A stretch of 64,000 bases of DNA from the human T2T-CHM13v2.0 reference genome, Homo sapiens: NCBI RefSeq assembly GCF_009914755.1, contig NC_060941.1; one strand, written 5' to 3'. Position 1 is the first letter of the stretch. Each line of letters begins with the position of its first letter. The notes under the pieces were generated by a model. That model made no database searches. It saw nothing but the letters and a program-made list of their open reading frames with translations, and was not told the DNA's origin. Of this stretch, positions 30,252 to 42,534 are shown in pieces. The translations under genes and the position numbers were made by a program.

Positions 30252-31120
30252 ATTAGTGGCCTATGGTTGCGTTATTACACCAAAATGTAGTGGCTTAAAA
30301 CAACAAACATTTTATTATCTCTCAGTTCTGTTGGTCAGGAATCTGGGCACAGCTTAGCTGGGTACTTCTGGCTTTGGGTCTCTCATGAGATTGTAATCAA
30401 GCCGTGGGCCAAGACTGCAGTCATCTTAAGGCTCAACTTCAAGTTCACTCGCATACCCTTGGTTCCTGTCTGCTGGGGCTGTAACAAAATACCACAGACT
30501 GGGTGGCTTACACCACAGGAATTGATTTTCTCACAGTTCTGGAGCCTGGAAGTCCAAGATTAAGGGGCTGGCTGGGTTGGTCTCTCCTGAGGCCTCTATC
30601 CTTGGCTTGCAGATGGCCGCCTTCTTGCTGTGTCCTCACGTGGCCTTTTCTCTGTGCCTGTGCATCCCTGGGATCTCTTCCCATTCTTATAAGGACACCA
30701 GTTCTACTGGATTAGACCCCACCCTCATGTTCTCAGTTAACCTTAATTACCTCTTTGAAGGCCCTATCTCCAAATGTAGTCACACTGGGGCCTAGGGCTT
30801 CAATGTATGAATTTTGGGGGAACACAACTCGGGCCATAGTAGTTTTTCACCACACAGGCCTCTCTATGAACTGCCTGAGTGTTCTCATGACAGAGGAGCT
30901 GGTGATCCATGGGAGAATCTGAAAGCACTCCCAAAAGTCCTTGTATAACCGAATCTTGGAAATGACCTTTATCACGTTGGCTTCCATCACTTCTGCTGTA
31001 TTCTATTTGTAAGAACAGAGTCACTCAGTTCAGCTTGTACTCAAGGAGGGGAAATACCATAAGGGGATGGGTTCCATAAGGAGAGATCATTGGGGGCCAT
31101 CCTAGAGGTTGCCTATCACA
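30252..31120 (-). mobile_element. MLT1F-like LTR with a nested MLT1A/B
   Basis: agtggcttaaaacaacaaacattt; gggcacagcttagctggg; end gggggccatcctagaggttgcctatcaCA. Confidence 0.8.
30460..30841 (-). mobile_element. MLT1A/B LTR (nested)
   Basis: gctgtaacaaaataccacagactgggtggctt; cttataaggacaccagt; gggcttcaa..tatgaattttggggg. Confidence 0.88.
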
Positions 31121-31255
31121 GCCATTCATTCACACAATGCAAATTTACTGAGTGCCTACTATGTACCCCTGGTGATACAACAGCAAGTAAGGCAGACACA
31201 ATTCTGTATCTCCCAGAGCTTGCATTCTGGTAGGGGAGATAGGCTACATACATAC

Positions 31256-31818
31256 TGACAGAGCAGGAGCACCGTCATCTCAGATAAACACTGCCACTTT
31301 AAGTTCCAGCTCCCTTTCTAGCCTCATGCATTTCAAGGAAATCACTTCTCTTCTAACAACAAGCAACCAGAAAGAGCAGACAGTAAAACACAGATAAGAC
31401 AGCTCGGGCACAGAGGGAGGTGGGGAGAAAGTCTCTTGGGTAACTGCCAAACTTCACCCTCATACAATGGACCCGAGTAAAACAGTGGGCCTTAATAAGC
31501 ACATTCCTTTCCCTTCAGGATGCCCTAAGATAGAGAAGCTAAAAGCAGACTCAGGGGTATGCTGCAGCTGCAGAAAGATGTATGAGAACAGACACAACTC
31601 TCCTTCCCAGAGAAGCACAACAAAGAGACACAGAAGCAGTCCAAGCCTCTGACAAACTCTCCCACCCTGAATCCTTAGAATCTCTTAGTCTGTAAGAGAG
31701 TGTGCTCTGACCTAACTCGGCCAGAAGCCACTCTCAGGTTTGCTTTCTCTAAAATATACCTCTCCTTGACTGTTGAGCCACCTTTCATGTTTCTTTCCTT
31801 TTTATTTAATTCTTAACA
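31256..31818 (+). mobile_element. MER41-family (C/D/E-like) ERV1 solo LTR, inserted in a reverse L2
   Basis: TGACAGAGCAGGAGCACCGTCATCT...aattcttaaCA; TSD catac / cgtac. Confidence 0.75.
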
Positions 31819-33489
31819 CGTACTGGGTGCTAGATTTATCTAGATAAATAAAAAAAGATATAAATATAGATCTGTGTGTATTTAGGTTCAGGTAGTGATC
31901 AGTGCTCTGGACGGATACAGAGCAGGATGGAGGATGGCGTAATGGAGAGAAAGTTGTGTCTATTCAAACAGCCACTGACAGCTTCTCTGATGGGGCCACA
32001 GAACCCTGCAGTAAGGGAGGGGAGGGCAGATACCTGGAGGGAAGAAGAGCTTGTGCTGCTTTGTTGTTAGAACAAATCAAAATCACATGCTTGAAAATGC
32101 CTTGTATATGGACAAGTGTTATGCAACTGTAAGGTGGTGTTGTTATTGTTGACAGTTTTCGTTGCCCGCCCATCCCATACACCCTTATCCAGCCTGCCTC
32201 ATCAAGGGATTAGCTGATCAATGCTTAGAAGGTTATTTGTCCAGAGTAATTGTGTTTTTTTCCCCCAAGTAGAGGGAATATCTTTGTTGATTCTTCTGAT
32301 TATATAGTGATACATGCTCATTGTAAGCAAAATTCAAACAATACAGGCAATTAAAATTTCAAAGGAGATGCTTGCAACTGAGAAAGATCTGACTAAACAA
32401 GAGAATTAAAATGTATCACAAGCCATGTCCTGGGGGCTGCTTTGGGTGAAATATCTCAGGTGCCTGTCATCCTCTTGGTTATCCCAGTGGGGGAGGTGGT
32501 GCAGGGACTGGCCCAGGCCACAGTGCTGGAATTCAGACCCGGTGGACTCCACCCAAGTACCTGCTGCTTTCTCTACATCGTGCTGCCCTCCATGGATGGA
32601 TATTCACAGATAAGGGCATGGGCGAAATGTTTTCAGCTTGCAGATAAGCAAGGGACTTGTCAGTGCCCCTCAGCATTGATCTTCTGCCTTCAGCTGGTCC
32701 CTGCATTTTGGGAAAGGAGATTGGAGGAAATGGCAATAGGACATTTAGGTTTTACACCTGTTTTCTGGCTCAGATGGCCTAGTGGGTATCATCCCTGTTA
32801 AGATGTTTTCTGTTACTGTTCATAGAAAAAGACAGAAGTAAAGTCTCCTAGTGAGGTTGGGGTGCTCACACTACTTGATAAGTGATCTCATCATTAAAGT
32901 ACAAGACCTTCTAATAGGGAACGAGAGCTTAACTTTACCAAATCACCTGGAGTATAAGCCACAGACTCCTTTCTTTTGAAATAATAATGACTATTAGTTA
33001 TTGACCCTATACTGTGTACCAGGCCCCATTCTAAACACTTTAAAATAATTAATTAAATCACAAAAACTTAGAAGTAAAATTTCAACCTTATAGGGTAGAT
33101 GTACATTTAACTTATTAAGAAACTGCCAAACAGTTCTCCAAAGTTGGTTACAACCATTTTACATTCTTACCAATAAGTACGAGAGTTCTGGTTACTCAAC
33201 ATCCTCTTCAATGGTGTCTATCTTTTCCATTACATGATGTCTTTTTCATTTTATCAATTTAAGCAGGTATGTAGTGGTATTTTATCATGGTTTAAATTTC
33301 TCTGAAGATTAATGATGTTGAATATTTTCTCATGTGCTCATTATTTACGTAATTTGTTTTAAAATCTTTCTGATAGTTATTAATAAATAATTTAAGACTG
33401 AATTTTCCTCTAAGTATGGGTTTAGCCATATCCCAAAGAGTTTGAAAAGAAGTGATCTAATTTTTTTTAGCCCTAAATAATTTTATCTT

Positions 33490-33796
33490 TCTTGTTTTTT
33501 TTCTTTTTAGAGACCAAGGTCTTGCTCTTTTACTTAGGCTGGAGTGCAGTAGTGTGATTATAGCTCACTGCAGCCTTGAACTTCTAGGCTTAAGCTATCC
33601 TTACACCTCAATCTACCGAGCACTTGGGACTACAGGCATGCACCACTACATCTGGCTAATTTTTTAATTTTTATTTTTTTAGAGATGGGATCTTACTTTG
33701 TTGCCCAGGCTGATCTAAAACTCCTGAGCCCAAGTGATCCTCCTACCTTATCCTCCCAAGTAGCTGGGATTACAGGCTTGAGCCACTGTACCCGGC
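33490..33796 (-). mobile_element. AluJo-like
   Basis: Diverged reverse dimer (gcagccttgaacttctaggcttaag). Confidence 0.92.
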
Positions 33797-34041
33797 AATT
33801 TTGTCATTTTATTTCTAATAATTAAAAAAATTCCCGAGTTATTTAAAGGATAATTTTCAGGTTTCCCCAATGATTAAAATTTTTTGTTTGCTTATCTGTT
33901 AATTATTAGCTTCTGAATTTGCATAATTATAGTCAATTAGCATGACCTGTAAAATACTAACTTTTTAGAAAATAACATATGTGGTTAAGTACATGGTCCC
34001 TATTTTTAAGTCTTCTATGGGAATAAAGAATATATTTTATG

Positions 34042-34340
<299 letters not shown>

Positions 34341-35518
34341 AAAGAATATATTTTCCTTTTTAGTGTACATGGTTCTCTTTCTACATATCTATTAAATCAG
34401 GATTGATAATTATGTTGCCAAAATGATGTCTATACTTCTTTTGTCTGTTTAATCTACAAAATTTGAAGAGTGATGTTTTGGATTCTCACTGTGCTTTTTT
34501 TTTTTTTTTTTAAATTGAATTTGCCTTGCATTTCTAAGAGCCTTTGCCTTGTAGATTGTTCACTGCATACATTTCATGACTATAGCTACTTCTTCATGGA
34601 GTGCCCTTTTATCATTAAGAATATCCTTTCTTTAAACTGTTTAAATTTTTGGCCTAACATTCTATTCTTAGCCCTTAATATCTCTATCCATGTTTCTTTT
34701 TGTTTGCTTTTGTCTGATACATGTTTGCTTATCCAATTGTTTTCACCTTCCCTGTATCATTTTGTTTTAGGTCCATCTCTTATAAATTGCATATAATTGG
34801 ATTTTTGTTTTTCCAACCCATCCCCAAGGACCTTTATCATTTCACAGTGGAATTTAACCCTCTCACATGAATTTGGCATCCAGGAGGTTTGGTCTCACTC
34901 CTGCCATTTAATTTTATGCTTTCTGTTTATTACACTTTCTATTGGTTCCCTCATTTCTGCTTTACTTATTTTTGTTAGGTTGATAAAGTTTATTCCTTTT
35001 TCTTCCTCTCCAGTGAATTAGAAGTTCTAATATGAATTCATATTCTACTGTGTTTACATTTAATATACATAGTTAAATATATCTCTCCAACAATTACACA
35101 AGTGAAATAGTGATCTTGTCCCTCCAGTTTTGCCAGAATAATTTGGAATTTTAATTGCATGTTAACTTTTTTCTTAGAGCATGCCTCTTATAGTTTAAGA
35201 ATCCATTTAAACTTCCATTGCAATTTCATGTCCCACTTCTATCATTTAGATTTAATTATTAATAAATGTTTATTCGATTGAATTATATGTGGGCATTTTT
35301 GGTCTCTTTGTTTATCTGTTTGAGGACAGGGACCATTAAAAAAAAGTTGTCTATATTCTCCCATAGCCTTACACATGGTAAGCAATTCACTACTATGATG
35401 TTGAGGACACAATTTTGACCCTCAAGTTTGACCTATTTTTGCCCCAACTTTGCCCCTTGTTAGTCACCTGAGCTTAACTAACATTACTGACCATCGGCTT
35501 CCTTAACTCTGAGATGGG

Positions 35519-36016
35519 TATTATAACGTTTTGGTGCCACAAAAGAAATAGCACTTGAATGTAAAATTTTCTTTTTAATTCTCAGCAAGGCAACGTATTT
35601 CTATAGAAAGGTGAGTCCTTACAGATGGAGCAACGGTGAGCACACACCTGGACAAGGGAGGGAAAGGGCTGTGGCCACTGCTGCTGTGTTGTTCCCCTAT
35701 TGGCTAGGATTAGACTGCACAGGCTAAATTAATTCTGATTGGCTAATTTAAAGAGCGTGACAGGGCGAGTGGTTTGGTGGGAAAACGTGGTTATGCAGTG
35801 AGGAGGATGAGTCAGGGCAGAACAGGTGGCAGATAATTGGAATGTCAGGGTGGAGCAGTAATCGGAATGAGTCAGGGTGGAGCAGGTGATTGAAATGAGG
35901 GTGGAGCAGGTAATACAAAAAGGTTGCTTTATGATGAAGTTTAAAAGTAGAAGGCAAAGAATTGAATATACTGACATATTGATTCTTTGAAAAGAAATTT
36001 AGAACTCATATCTAAT
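35519..36016 (-). mobile_element. LTR10 (A/F-like, HERV-I/IP10) solo LTR with AP-1 tandem units
   Basis: Reverse of TTAGATATGAGTTCTAAATTTCTTTTCAAAGAATCAATATGTCAG; repeated gaatgagtcagggtggagcagg units. Confidence 0.9.
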
Positions 36017-36089
36017 GGCATAACTTGGCAGGCTAGTTAATGAAGTTAAGATCAAATCTGCAAGAATTCTGAGAATCAGCTTGTGCAGC

Positions 36090-36758
36090 TGAAACTGCTG
36101 TTGCAAAATAATGACTGAGACAGTGAAAGAGATCTAACTTAACTGACTCCATCTTGCGTCTAACCTTTAAGCTGCGGTGTTCCTTCTTGGGTGTAGGCTG
36201 AACTAACTTAGGGAGGAACTTAGTTTCTAGTTTAAAACAAAGACGATGGCAGCCCTTTCCCAAAACAAACCTCCTTCTTGCCTGGGCACCAGACTGCCTT
36301 TGTAAGACTAATAAATTACATAAGATTATAAATTATGGTTTAGGAATCATGTGGCTGGAGGCTACAAGATTCTGAGCCTCCCTAAACTGTTACTAAGATC
36401 ACTGCTTGAGATATTTTGCAGACCCTGCACTTGATGGATCAGCTGACACCACCCAGATTGATAAACTGGTTCATCTGATCTTGTGGCCGCCACCCAGGAA
36501 CTGACTCAGCACAAGAGGACAGCTTCAGCTTCCTAAAATTTCATCTCCAACCTAACCAATCAGCACTCCTGGCTCACTGGCTTACCCCCACCCACCAAGT
36601 TGTCCTTAAAAACTCTGATCCTTTGAGTAATAATAAAACTCCGGTCTCCCACACAGCAGGCTCTGCAGTGAATTACTCTTTCTCTATTGTAATTCCCCTG
36701 TCTTGATATATCAGCTGTGTCTAGGCAGCGGGCAAGGTGAACCCATTGGGCAGTTACG
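36090..36758 (+). mobile_element. LTR8 (ERV1) solo LTR
   Basis: TGAAACTG..TTGCAAAATAATGACTGAGACAGTGAAAGAGATCTAAC...cccattgggcagttac; 4-bp TSD CAGC. Confidence 0.9.
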
Positions 36759-37634
36759 CAGCTGCTGGATGAACAAATAAATGTGTGGAAAATGAAGAAA
36801 AACCGAGAGTCAAAGCTTACAGACTCTGCGATGTGTCCTGGATGCAAAGGCCACCTCCTGGAGTTTTTGCTACCTTTGCTTTTCAGCTGAAAGTATTTTG
36901 GGTGAGCTCAGCCAAGAGGTGGCTGCAGATTGTAGGTGGAGATGCTGGGGAGTGTGTGGGGTTTTGCGATTTTCCAAGCTCTAGATGTACAGCCAGGGGA
37001 GCCCCTATGCAAGACTCAGCCTACTCACCACGTGGGGCGCTGTGCAGTCATGATATTTACCAGCAGTCAATCCGGTAGGGAGCCTCAGAATGGTGAGTTG
37101 GACTTGGCAAGGGCATGCTTGGCTTTCAGGGAGTTTGTTTGCACAGTCAGATTGATTTCTGCTCTCCTGTGACCAGAGGACACCGGTGCTTATCTTGGTC
37201 CCCTCTCCACCCTTTGTTTGCCTGACCCCTTGGCTCCCTTTTTAATACTTTAAAATTTTAAGGTTTTCCTTTACTAAATATCACAGAATTTTTTTTATTT
37301 TTTCTTCTTTTTTTAAATCTGGGAGCTTACCACCCAAGCTGGCCCAGCCTGATGTTTTTTTTTGCTTTGTATTTTCACAAGGATGAGATAAGTCCCCATG
37401 ATCTCTCCTGGGTTTTTTGCTGGTGCTGCTTGTTAACTCGAGTAACTCTCGGCATTTTCTTTGCTTCCTTTCTCTGGCATTTCTGCCAAAGTGTTTCTGA
37501 ACGTTCAAGGCCTGAGTGAGGTTGAGCTAGATTGTCTCTTAGATGTGCCTCATCCAAGGCTTCCCTTCACACCCATGCTGGGCTTAGTACCAAGGGGTGG
37601 TCCATCCTTTGCCCTATCTGAGATCTCTTCCCCA

Positions 37635-37925
37635 CTTTAATTAACTTTTTAGTTTGAATTTTCAGGAAAGTTGTAAAGATAGTGCAGAATTCCCAAATGT
37701 CCTTCATCCAGCTTGCTTTGCTGTTCACCTTTTTTGGTACAATACTATTAATTACAGACTTCAGAATTCACCAGCTTTTCCACGAATGTCTTTTTTTCTG
37801 TTCCAGGAACCAATCTGGGATCCCATGTTGTGTGTAGTTGTCAGAGGTCCTTAGCTTCCTCCCATCTGTGACAGTGTCTCAGTGTTTTATTGCTTGTGAT
37901 GATCTTGAAAATTTTGAAGAGTGCC
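37635..37925 (-). mobile_element. L1MB/MC 3' relic
   Basis: aaagttgtaaagatagtgcagaattccc; ctgttccaggaaccaatc. Confidence 0.6.
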
Positions 37926-38045
37926 CCATTTTAATATATGGGAACACAAGCTTTACTGCATTTGGAAAGGAGGAAGAGCAATGTATTAATTCCTTTCTGC
38001 CTTCTCAGAGAAAGTCTGCTCTTGTCTAAGCCATTGTTCTGGTAG

Positions 38046-38417
<372 letters not shown>

Positions 38418-38461
38418 TGAATTTTCTTCCCCATCCAGAAGTTTGACTAGGTGATATGTAA

Positions 38462-38612
38462 TTTTTTTTTAAATGTTTTATTTCCATAGGTTATTGGGGG
38501 AACGGGTGGTGTTTGGTTACATGAGTAAGTTCTTTAGGGGTGATTCGTGAGATTTTGATGCACCCATCACCTGGGCAGTATACACTGCACCCTATTTTGT
38601 AGACTTTTATCT
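38462..38612 (-). mobile_element. L1PB-like 3' tail, heavily truncated
   Basis: tttggttacatgagtaagttcttta..ggtgattc.tgagattttgatgcacccatcacc. Confidence 0.85.
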
Positions 38613-41600
38613 GCGTGACCCTGACTTAGTATATAAACAAGGAATGCATGGAGTCGACAGGTTAATGATGCCCCTGGGTAATGTCATATATGGTTGTGCC
38701 CACATTCCTTATAGGTACATAGCTGAGCTAGAATTTGCAAAAACTAGCATTTATTAATTTTTTTGGCAGGGGCCACCCCTTTAGCACCTGGGAGCACATA
38801 TTCCGCCCCACCCGCCACTCCCCTGCTCGCCTCTGTGGGGATGCAAATTCTAAATTAGAGCACTAGCAATGGCAGTCCAGATGTCACAACTCAAAACACC
38901 AAGAACAGACAGAGCCATCTTTATCTAAGTGTGACACCTGGATGTGTCTCAGCCGAAAGAACCCCCAGACTCCCCCACATCAGAATACTGGGAAGTCTGG
39001 TTACAGTGAATGATGAGGACCCCTTCAGGGATGGGAGGATACAGCAAAGGATCACAGGAGCCTGGGAGGGAGATGGAGAAGGGGAAAGGCACGAGCAACA
39101 ACTCTTCTCCCTATTCAGAGCCAATGTGTGTGGACAGGTGTCTCGAGGTTGGCTGAACTACCCCTTTCTCTGGTTCTCTGCTTCCCCTAAAGGCATCTCT
39201 GGCTGGCTGCTCAGGAAAGGGAGGCTCTAGAGTAGATGACTGACCTGATTTTCCAGACCCCAGAAAGATCTCTGGGACTGCACGGTGGCCTGACTTGGTG
39301 TTTGGAATGGGTGGCAACGCTTCTGGATAGGGGGAGATCATTAGTATTTTAGTGGAAGAGGTGCTGATGGGCTGCAGAATCCTTTGTTTGTCCTGGCTCT
39401 ACCACCAACATGTGGTGCGGCTCTGGTAACCCACCATTTTTAATTTCCTTGTCTGTAAAAAAAAGGGAAGGGGGGAGGCTAGATGAGATAATTCCAAGAT
39501 TCCTTCAAACTCTAGCACATTAGGATTCTTGTTTAGCTCTGTCACACCCAAGGTAACTTGACTCACCCCCTATTAGAGGACTCACTCTTTTCCTCGTGTG
39601 CCGTGATGTGAAAACTCTTGGAAGCCTCGTGGTGCCGGCAAGCATGCCTTGGGGCCCTCTGGCATCCATGTCTCATTCCTAACAGCGCCTTGGTATCCTT
39701 TGGGATAATTACCTTTTGTCCAGTGTCTTTAGTCTGGAAGATCTCTGACTTCCAATAAACATGAAGGGGACATGTGACCCAAACCCTGCCAAAGAGATGC
39801 TTTTTTCCCTAGAATTTGAACCTTGAGCAAATGCGAGAAGGTTGCAAACGTCATCCATTGGTGATGCCTGGACCTGCCACTCCTGCGGTAGGACCATTTC
39901 TGTTCTTCCTGTCTCCAGGAACTGTCTGTGCCCCCTAGCAGCATCCAGGCCTGGGTCCCAGCCTTCCAGTGGATTCCCAGAGCCTCTCCTTCCCTGGTAT
40001 CCCTTTTTGCTTAAGTTAGGCAAAATCACTTTCTGTTGTTTGCAACCCCATTGTGGCAAGAAATGTGCTCTGTGTTTCAGAAATTTCTGGAAGTGCTGGG
40101 AAATGCAGGCCATGCCACCCAGTGACATTCAGGCTCTGGAGTGAAGAGACCTAAGCCAAATTGGATGTGACATCTAGTGGCTCCTTTGCTTATTGGTGTC
40201 CTTGGATAGGTCTCCCAAACTCCCTAAGCCTGTTTTCTTTTCTATAAAATGGAGATAATATTGAGCCACACACAATGGCCATAGAGAATGAAGAAACATA
40301 CACACAGTCAGTTCTCAATCATCATTGGCTTTGATTGTGATTACAATAATGAAAGCTTGGATAATAGTGCTGTGTTGGATCTCATCTGTCTCTGGGGTCC
40401 CCAGATAAGGAACAGAGACTGAGGATAATAATAATGATGATGACAACAAAAACATGGCACTCTTGTATAGTAGTAAGTATATCCCGGGTACTGTCCTAAG
40501 TGCTTTATGTATTAACTCACTCAATCCTCACAACCTCCTTATGTGGTAATGTACTCTTACTACCTCTGCTTAACAAATAGGGCATTGAGGCATAGAGTAG
40601 CTAACTTGTTCAAGGCCTCCAGAAGTTATTGGTCTGCTCTGATGTTTTCTATCTGACAGAGAGAAGGCTGAGCAGACAGGCCAACATCACACACACACTG
40701 CAGAATTCATGTGCTTATGTGCTTTCTCTGCATGCCTTTCCTGGTCTTGGGGAGGGCCTCATTGCTGCAGTGGGGAAGGGAGATGCTTCATCAGTAGGCA
40801 TGACTCATAGCCGAGCCTGTGCTCCTGGATTTGTTCTGAAGTGAGATTCTATTGTGTTTATTGCAAACAGACAGGCAGCTCCGTTTCCTGTTGGTTCTGT
40901 TTCCTTCCTATTAAATTACTGAACTGTGAGGACTGGGGAGGGCGGGTAGGAAGGGAGATGAAGCAGGGTTAAGAGGATTCTGTTTTCAGCAAGTAGTGAA
41001 TTCCCCAGAAGCTTTTCCCACTTAGTCCGGATGCATCCATACGATGTGAAGTTGGGCTTAATTGCTTCGTGTTGGTGGCAGAGCTCTGAAGATGAGGACT
41101 GGCTTTCCTACTGGAGAGCTGGCCCGTGGACCAGGCATCTATTGCTGAGGCCAGATGAAAATGGGCCAGGGCCTCTGGCCACACGCTGCCACAGCCAAGA
41201 GAGATGGAGCAAAGCCATGCAGTGTCAACTTAGGTTTGAGAAAGGGGTCAGGTCAAAGTGCTGGAAGGACTCCCCATCACTGAGTTCCTTGCCATCAACA
41301 CAACTGCAGAGCAGAGCAGAAGTGACCACACATCCAGAGGCCACTGTGGAGGAAACACAGCATCAGGCCCTTTCAACACTTAGTTAATCCTCATGTTGGC
41401 CCCATGGAATTATTTTATTTTCCTACTTTATACACAGGAAGTCGAAGCTTGGAGAGATTCTGTGAATTGGTGAAGGACACAGAGCAAAGCCAGGATTCAG
41501 ATTCAGACCTGCTTGACTCCAAGATCATTCCAGAAATCTCCCTTTTCCTTTGGACCCTGTGACGTGACAGCTGGGTTCTTTCTGCTCTGATTTCCATGCC

Positions 41601-41812
41601 TGACAACCATTTAAATGGAATACAAGAATGCAGGTAACTGAAGAAACCCATGGAGAGAGGTGAATGCCTTTGTTTTGGGTGTGGTTGTTAAAGAGGAGGT
41701 GGTGGTTGATATGAGGGGGCATTTGTCTCAAGCAAAGGAAGCCTGTACTGAAGGCAGAGTGCCTGGGCTGGAGAAGTCCAAGCAGGTTGGAAGCCCTAAA
41801 GAATCAGCTAGG

Positions 41813-41999
41813 TTAGTTGTTCTCAACTGCGGGGGATTTGGTAATGTCTGGAAATATTTTTGGTTGTCATGGTGGGCGTGGGTGTGTGCTACTAGCCTCT
41901 GGTGGGTCGAGGCCAGACTCTAAATATGCATAGAATAGCTTCCTACAATATGGAATCATCTAACCTGAAAGTCAATGGTGCTGAGATTGAGAACGTCTG
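41813..41999. mobile_element. MER20 hAT MITE
   Basis: tttggtaatgtctggaaatatttttggttgtca; gtcaatggtgctgagattgagaa. Confidence 0.85.
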
Positions 42000-42124
42000 A
42001 TCTTGGAAATCCCTTATTTGCAGATATGGAAACAGGGTTCCTAAGAGTTGGATGCCCACCCCTAAGTCACACAGCTCAAGTGAGGCAGAGATGACACCAG
42101 AGTGGAGGTTTGCAGCACCCCAGG

Positions 42125-42534
42125 TGTCTTAGTCTGTTTTCTGTTGCTTACAACAGAATACCTGAAGCTGAGTAACTTGTAAAGAAAAGGAATTTATTTA
42201 TTACAGTTATGGAGGCTGATAAGTGTAAGGTCAAGGGCTACATCTGGTGAGGGCCTTCTTGCTGGTGGTGACTTTCTGTGGAGTCCTGAGGTAACACAAG
42301 GCATTATATGGTGAGGGGGATGAGCGTGCTAACTCAGCTCTCTCTTCCTCTTCTTATAAAGCCACCAGTCCCACTCCCATGTTAACTATGACTCCAGGAA
42401 TTCACTCATCCATTCATGAGAGCAGAGCCCTCAGGACCCAAGCACCTCTTAAAAGCCCCATCTCTCAATACTGCCACCCTGGGGATTAAGTTTCAACTTA
42501 TGTTTTAGAGGGGACAAAGATTCAAACCATCGCA
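42125..42534 (-). mobile_element. MST (MSTC/D-like) solo LTR
   Basis: TGTCTTAGTCTGTTTTCTGTTGCT...ggggacaaagattcaaaccatcgCA; TSD ccagg / ccagc. Confidence 0.88.
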
